This document shows positions 49,433 to 52,892 of a stretch of 52,892 nucleotides of DNA, in pieces. Under the pieces are notes generated by a model. The model saw only the letters and a list, made by a program, of their open reading frames with translations. It made no database searches and was not told the origin of the DNA. This DNA is from Alphaproteobacteria bacterium (GTDB taxonomy: Bacteria > Pseudomonadota > Alphaproteobacteria > Rickettsiales > SXRF01). The translations under genes and the position numbers were made by a program. How positions within the stretch are numbered: the stretch's first letter is position 1; each line of letters begins with the position of its first letter. The stretch spans positions 1 to 52,892 of the forward strand of contig JAYULW010000007.1 in NCBI GenBank assembly GCA_043763155.1, read 5' to 3'.

Positions 49433-49978
49433 CTACACTCGAGTGGACAACCAAATAGCTAACTTAGTTTGATATACAACCACATGCGTTAATATATGGT
49501 AAAAGGGCGACGATTTTGCACCGTTTTCCAAAGCCATATCGTGGTGCTCCATTTCCTCTTTGCGGAAAATGCCGATGGTCTCTTTCAGCTCGGCTTCGTC
49601 GGCTCCAAGCGCGGCCTCCTGCTGGGCATAATGCTCGTCAATCACCGACTCCACCGCAACCGTGCAGGCCATCGCCGCCTTTTCGCCCAAAAGCGCCGTC
49701 GCCGCCCCCATCGCAAACCCCGCCACATGCCACAGCGGCATCAGCGCCGTAGGGCGCACCCGCCGCTTAACCGCCATCTGCGAAAACGTATCGAGGTGTT
49801 TTTGTTCCTGCTCCGCCATCTCGCGCAGCAAATGCGCCACCGGGCTTTTACCCAGCACCGCCAGCTGCCCCGCGTAAATCCGCTTCGCGCCGTATTCCCC
49901 CGCATGGTTCACCCGGATCATGCGCGCAATCTCGTCGGCAGCAGCCCGGTCCCCCGGCAGTTTTCGCTCCTCGCTCAT
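49433..49978 (-). CDS. coq7: Demethoxyubiquinone hydroxylase (Coq7/CLK-1 di-iron family)
   Basis: RVNHAGEYGA, EQKH, CTVAVESVIDEHY, EEMEHHD; start at ATG 49978 (ATGA overlap with dsbB). Confidence 0.93.
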   Translation of the reverse strand: MSEERKLPGDRAAADEIARMIRVNHAGEYGAKRIYAGQLAVLGKSPVAHLLREMAEQEQKHLDTFSQMAVKRRVRPTALMPLWHVAGFAMGAATALLGEKAAMACTVAVESVIDEHYAQQEAALGADEAELKETIGIFRKEEMEHHDMALENGAKSSPFYHILTHVVVYQTKLAIWLSTRV

Positions 49979-50478
49979 GCTTTTTTCCCCACGCCGCGCA
50001 ATGTAAAAATCCCCAGCAAAGCCGCGCCCAGCGCCGCAACTGCGTTCCACCCCGCCATCGAAAGCCCCAGCACATGCACCATCGGCTGGTCGCACGACAC
50101 CAGCTCCGCCTCCATCAGGCTTTTGCGCATTTCTTCCAGCGTTTGCGGCGCGGTGCTGGCCGTACAGGCCGACGGTCCGGGAAACCAGTGCAGCTCCACC
50201 CCCGCATGATACGCCGCAATCCCGCTATCGGCCAGGAACAACGCGATACATGCAACGGCAAGCCACCAGCCAAGCGCCCGCTGCTTCACAAAAACCGAAA
50301 CAACCCCCAGCGCCACAATCGCCATATAGGGCTTGCGCTGCAACAAACATAACTCACACGGAAAAAGCCCGAATCCATACTGGCTCACATACGCCACGCC
50401 AAGGAACAGCGCCGCCAGCACCGCCGACATCCCCACCACGCCGCGCGCAGACCTCACCGCAAACCGCCCACACATCAT
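49975..50478 (-). CDS. dsbB: Disulfide bond formation protein DsbB family
   Basis: PCELCLLQR, AAYHAGVE, second Cys pair (PSAC...VSCD), GLSMAGWN. Confidence 0.9.
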   Translation of the reverse strand: MMCGRFAVRSARGVVGMSAVLAALFLGVAYVSQYGFGLFPCELCLLQRKPYMAIVALGVVSVFVKQRALGWWLAVACIALFLADSGIAAYHAGVELHWFPGPSACTASTAPQTLEEMRKSLMEAELVSCDQPMVHVLGLSMAGWNAVAALGAALLGIFTLRGVGKKA

Positions 50479-50529
50479 AAGCTACAGCCTTTCATAAGGC
50501 CGCCATCATAGGCCCGCGCCCGCCCAAAT

Positions 50530-51783
50530 TCAAGAGCGGCGCAGCAGCCCGCCCAGCCCCACAACGCCCGCCCGCGTCACCGCGTCCAGATGGTTGTCGA
50601 AACGCTCGCGCGCCGCCGATGGCTCCTGCTGCGCATGATGCTTCACCAGCATCAAATGTGCTGCCTGCCCCGGTTCTGTAAGTTCCAGCTCAGCCATCAG
50701 TTGCTTTATCTGCAACGGCGCAAACGCTTTCTCGTCATGCACTTCAAGCGTGGCGGGCTTCAGCGCCCTGCGCTCTTCGGCCTGCTGCTTCAGCAACTTG
50801 AAAAATTCTTCGCGGCGCTTCTCCAGCTCATCAAGCCTGCCCAGCACCTGCCAGCGGTTGCGCACAAACCCCACAACCAGCGCAACACCCGCAACACCCG
50901 TCACCAGCAGCGGGTTGAAATCCCCGTGGGTCAGCGCCGTCACACCCAGCCCAAACCCCGCTGCGCGCAAAGCCTTATTCGCCACCGGCGCAGGCGCAGT
51001 CGGGTCACCGCCCAAGCCTTCCATCACCAGGTTCCACAAGCGGTGCTCTACCGTCTTATGCATCGCGTCGCGGTTGGCATTATAGCCAAGCGTATAAGGC
51101 AGGCCTGAAATCATGCCCTCCTTGCTCACGTCCACATGCATCACCACATCCTCGAACAAATAAGGCGTGCCGCGCGGGTGCGGCTTATTCAGCGACGCCT
51201 CACGCTCCATATTGCTGCCACTGACCCGTTCTTTCGCACGCAAAATACCATGCAAACCCATCAGGCTGCAAAACGCGGGCATGCCTTCAAGCGCATGCCA
51301 GCTTTTGCAATCCGTCTTTGCAATGAAATGGTCAATGGTCGCCTGCGCACCGTCCATGGCGGCTGCGCGTTCTTCTTTTGGAATTTCGCGGTCGAAGCGG
51401 TGCTTGCACACCACCGCCAGCTTTTCCCAGTGCAGCTTGTCAATATTGCTGCGAATCTGGAAAGCGTGCTGGCCTGCAAAATCCGTTTTTTCCACCACAA
51501 AACGCGGCCCCGCCCCGCGGAAAATTTTGGTCAGGCAGTCCACCGCGTCTTCAGCGTTTTCTTCGGTCTTGAGCCGCAGCACCAGCGTCTTTTCGCCTTC
51601 GCGGAAAGCACGCTGGCTGTGCCGCGAAGCGCCCGCCGCCTTAAAATCTTCCATGTAAATGCAGCCCGGCTCCAGCTCTTTATCCACCGCCCGCAATTTG
51701 CGCCATAGCGTCTCCCCCGGAAGATACTTTTCGTAATTATCATCCATCAGAATATAGAGGGCCTGCTCGGAGCTGATAGACAT
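50530..51783 (-). CDS. Hypothetical orphan protein with hydrophobic hairpin and coiled coil
   Basis: AAGFGLGVTALTHG-DFNP-LLVTGVAGVALVVGFV followed by RLDELEKRREEFFKLLKQQAEERR; start 51783 (alternative 51819). Confidence 0.78.
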   Translation of the reverse strand: MSISSEQALYILMDDNYEKYLPGETLWRKLRAVDKELEPGCIYMEDFKAAGASRHSQRAFREGEKTLVLRLKTEENAEDAVDCLTKIFRGAGPRFVVEKTDFAGQHAFQIRSNIDKLHWEKLAVVCKHRFDREIPKEERAAAMDGAQATIDHFIAKTDCKSWHALEGMPAFCSLMGLHGILRAKERVSGSNMEREASLNKPHPRGTPYLFEDVVMHVDVSKEGMISGLPYTLGYNANRDAMHKTVEHRLWNLVMEGLGGDPTAPAPVANKALRAAGFGLGVTALTHGDFNPLLVTGVAGVALVVGFVRNRWQVLGRLDELEKRREEFFKLLKQQAEERRALKPATLEVHDEKAFAPLQIKQLMAELELTEPGQAAHLMLVKHHAQQEPSAARERFDNHLDAVTRAGVVGLGGLLRRS

Positions 51784-51923
51784 GAAAACCTTACCGTGAA
51801 AAGGGGAAATACGCCGCAACGGTTAATATATTTTAACCATGGACGCAAGCACAACCTAGCCCACCGCTTTCGCACCCGCCAAAATCCCCATATTTCATGC
51901 GCCTAGCCCCCCCGCGAACCCCC

Positions 51924-51952
51924 TTGACCGCAAAGCCCCAATGGGCTAACAA
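51924..51952 (+). promoter_or_regulatory. sigma70 promoter of the original tRNA-Leu gene
   Basis: TTGACC-17bp-TAACAA in GCTAAC context, ~33 nt upstream of the tRNA 5' end. Confidence 0.6.
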
Positions 51953-51985
51953 GCTATCCGGGCCAAAAGGCCCTTTCCTCATAGT

Positions 51986-52026
51986 GCCCCTGTGGTGGAA
52001 TTGGTAGACGCGCCGGACTCAAAATC
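51986..52026 (+). pseudogene. tRNA-Leu(CAA) 5' half, copy 1 (attL-like)
   Basis: GCCCCTGTGGTGGAATTGGTAGACGCGCCGGACTCAAAATC: acceptor 5' strand, D-arm and anticodon loop CTCAAAA, then AT-rich DNA with no T-arm. Confidence 0.85.
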
Positions 52027-52132
52027 ATTCAAAAACTGATTTTGGCTTGGCAGAACAAGGAGTACAAAAATAACTGGAATACAGATACTTGAAACGAGTG
52101 TTTGGCTTCTGGTAAAAAGTTAGAAAATGGGT

Positions 52133-52154
52133 ATAGTCGGCACATAGTCGGCAC
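52133..52154. repeat. 11-bp tandem direct repeat, integrase arm-site-like
   Basis: ATAGTCGGCAC twice, just upstream of the second tRNA half. Confidence 0.75.
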
Positions 52155-52168
52155 AGCCTGATAAGTGC

Positions 52169-52209
52169 GCCCCTGTGGTGGAATTGGTAGACGCGCTGCA
52201 CTCAAAATC
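52169..52209 (+). pseudogene. tRNA-Leu(CAA) 5' half, copy 2
   Basis: GCCCCTGTGGTGGAATTGGTAGACGCGCTGCACTCAAAATC; 39/41 identical to copy 1; no 3' half follows. Confidence 0.85.
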
Positions 52210-52212
52210 GAG

Positions 52213-52313
52213 TTACACAAACAAAGACATCAAAAATTATTTAGCAATTTCAACGATATTATCGTTGACCCCAATAAAATTTAGCCTTACACATAGCTTA
52301 CACAAATTGCACA
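52213..52313. repeat. TT[AG]CACA repeats plus an 8-bp palindrome upstream of the integrase
   Basis: TTACACA at 52213, 52287, 52298; TTGCACA at 52307; CAACGATA-T-TATCGTTG at 52251-52267. Confidence 0.7.
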
Positions 52314-52343
52314 TTTTTGGGCGGCTTTGAGTAGGAGGCTAAA

Positions 52344-52892
52344 ATGGCAGAGCATCATGAATTGATGGGCGGAAAGCTCCACGTCTACCGCCGCGAGAAC
52401 AGCGGAAACTGGCAATGCTCAACTTATCTCAATGGCAAAAACTGGCGAGTGTCCACAAAGGAAGAAAGTCTCTCCCATGCAAAGGACTTCGCCGAAGACT
52501 GGTATCTCGGCCTCAAGGGAAAAAGCCGCGCCGGACAACTTAAAGTCGGCAAGACCTTTAAGCAAGCGTCCGAGGTATTCCTTAATGAATATGAGATAAT
52601 CACGGCGGGTGAACGCAACGCGAAATATGTGGCGGGTTTTGCTCTCATACTCAGGGTTCACCTCTTACCCTTTTTCAGCGATAAGATTCTTTCTGAAATT
52701 ACGCCGGGCATGGTGCAAGACTATCGCATTCACCGCGCCACATCGCGCAAGGATAAAAAAACAGGCGAACCAAAACGCCCATCCCGGAGTACACTGCACA
52801 AGGAAATCATTATATTGCGGCATGTATTAAAAGCAGGCCAGCGTCACGGCTGGATAGCCTACATACCGGATTTATCGCCACCGTATAAATCC
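52344..52892 (+). CDS. Tyrosine recombinase/phage integrase, N-terminal part (3'-truncated; not in ORF track)
   Basis: AGGAGG SD; open frame of 183 codons MAEHHELMGGKLHVYRRENSGNWQCSTYLNGKNWRVSTKEESL..., core-binding part HLLPFF..LSEITPGMVQDYR..STLHKEI..LR; catalytic domain lies beyond the window. Confidence 0.85.
   Translation, partial: MAEHHELMGGKLHVYRRENSGNWQCSTYLNGKNWRVSTKEESLSHAKDFAEDWYLGLKGKSRAGQLKVGKTFKQASEVFLNEYEIITAGERNAKYVAGFALILRVHLLPFFSDKILSEITPGMVQDYRIHRATSRKDKKTGEPKRPSRSTLHKEIIILRHVLKAGQRHGWIAYIPDLSPPYKS

Larger units (their letters stand above)
52027..52892. mobile_element. Left end of a tRNA-Leu(CAA)-targeted integrative element, plus a possible remnant of an earlier one
   Basis: Split tRNA halves, arm-type repeats, drop in GC and an integrase gene. 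Confidence 0.8.

Noticed and set aside
49979-50095. N-terminal extension of coq7 in the ORF track
   Set aside because: Lies inside dsbB; the ATGA overlap at 49975-49978 is the better start. ORF-track extensions of the permease, CDF, ArnA-like, engB and zapA genes were trimmed likewise
49433-50478. dsbB-coq7 coupling as a novelty
   Set aside because: Functionally sensible (DsbB uses ubiquinone) and, as far as I recall, a common alphaproteobacterial arrangement
51986-52209. CRISPR-like repeat-spacer unit
   Set aside because: Only two copies, the repeat is tRNA sequence, the spacer is 142 bp, and there are no cas genes
51986-52260. Intact or intron-containing tRNA-Leu
   Set aside because: Neither copy has a variable arm, T-arm (GTTCRA) or acceptor 3' strand within the window; the anticodon loop is uninterrupted and no group I intron core was recognised

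Overview
High-GC chromosomal window from an alphaproteobacterium. The assignment rests on an alpha-type 6S RNA in zapA-ssrS-ygfA-ymdB, rpmH-rnpA-yidD-yidC-engB-argB, coq7, phaZ and a PleC-like kinase; a basal Rickettsiales-like or Micavibrio-like lineage is only a guess. Most of the window is housekeeping (carA/carB/greA, panB, polA, yidC operon, cyaY, yaaA). It is interrupted by five kinds of unusual content. (i) Four orphan proteins that look like secreted effectors, including a 1197-aa protein that keeps the whole phosphoenolpyruvate-carboxylase motif series in strongly diverged form. (ii) Dispersed pilus genes: a divergent tadG/tadE/tadF trio, an MshL-like secretin with a PilI/PilG-like pair, and a GT-C-like membrane protein. 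(iii) An Asn/Gly-repeat lipoprotein inserted antisense inside an ABC transporter gene pair. (iv) A ~690-bp AT-rich gap. (v) At the right edge, the start of an integrative element: two tandem 41-nt 5' halves of tRNA-Leu(CAA) with arm-type repeats, then a tyrosine integrase cut off by the window end. All eight convergent gene junctions have overlapping or abutting stop codons. Several real features are absent from or truncated in the ORF track (rpmH, a 58-aa membrane ORF, the integrase, 6S RNA, the tRNA halves). All family assignments come from motif recognition by eye; no database search was run.
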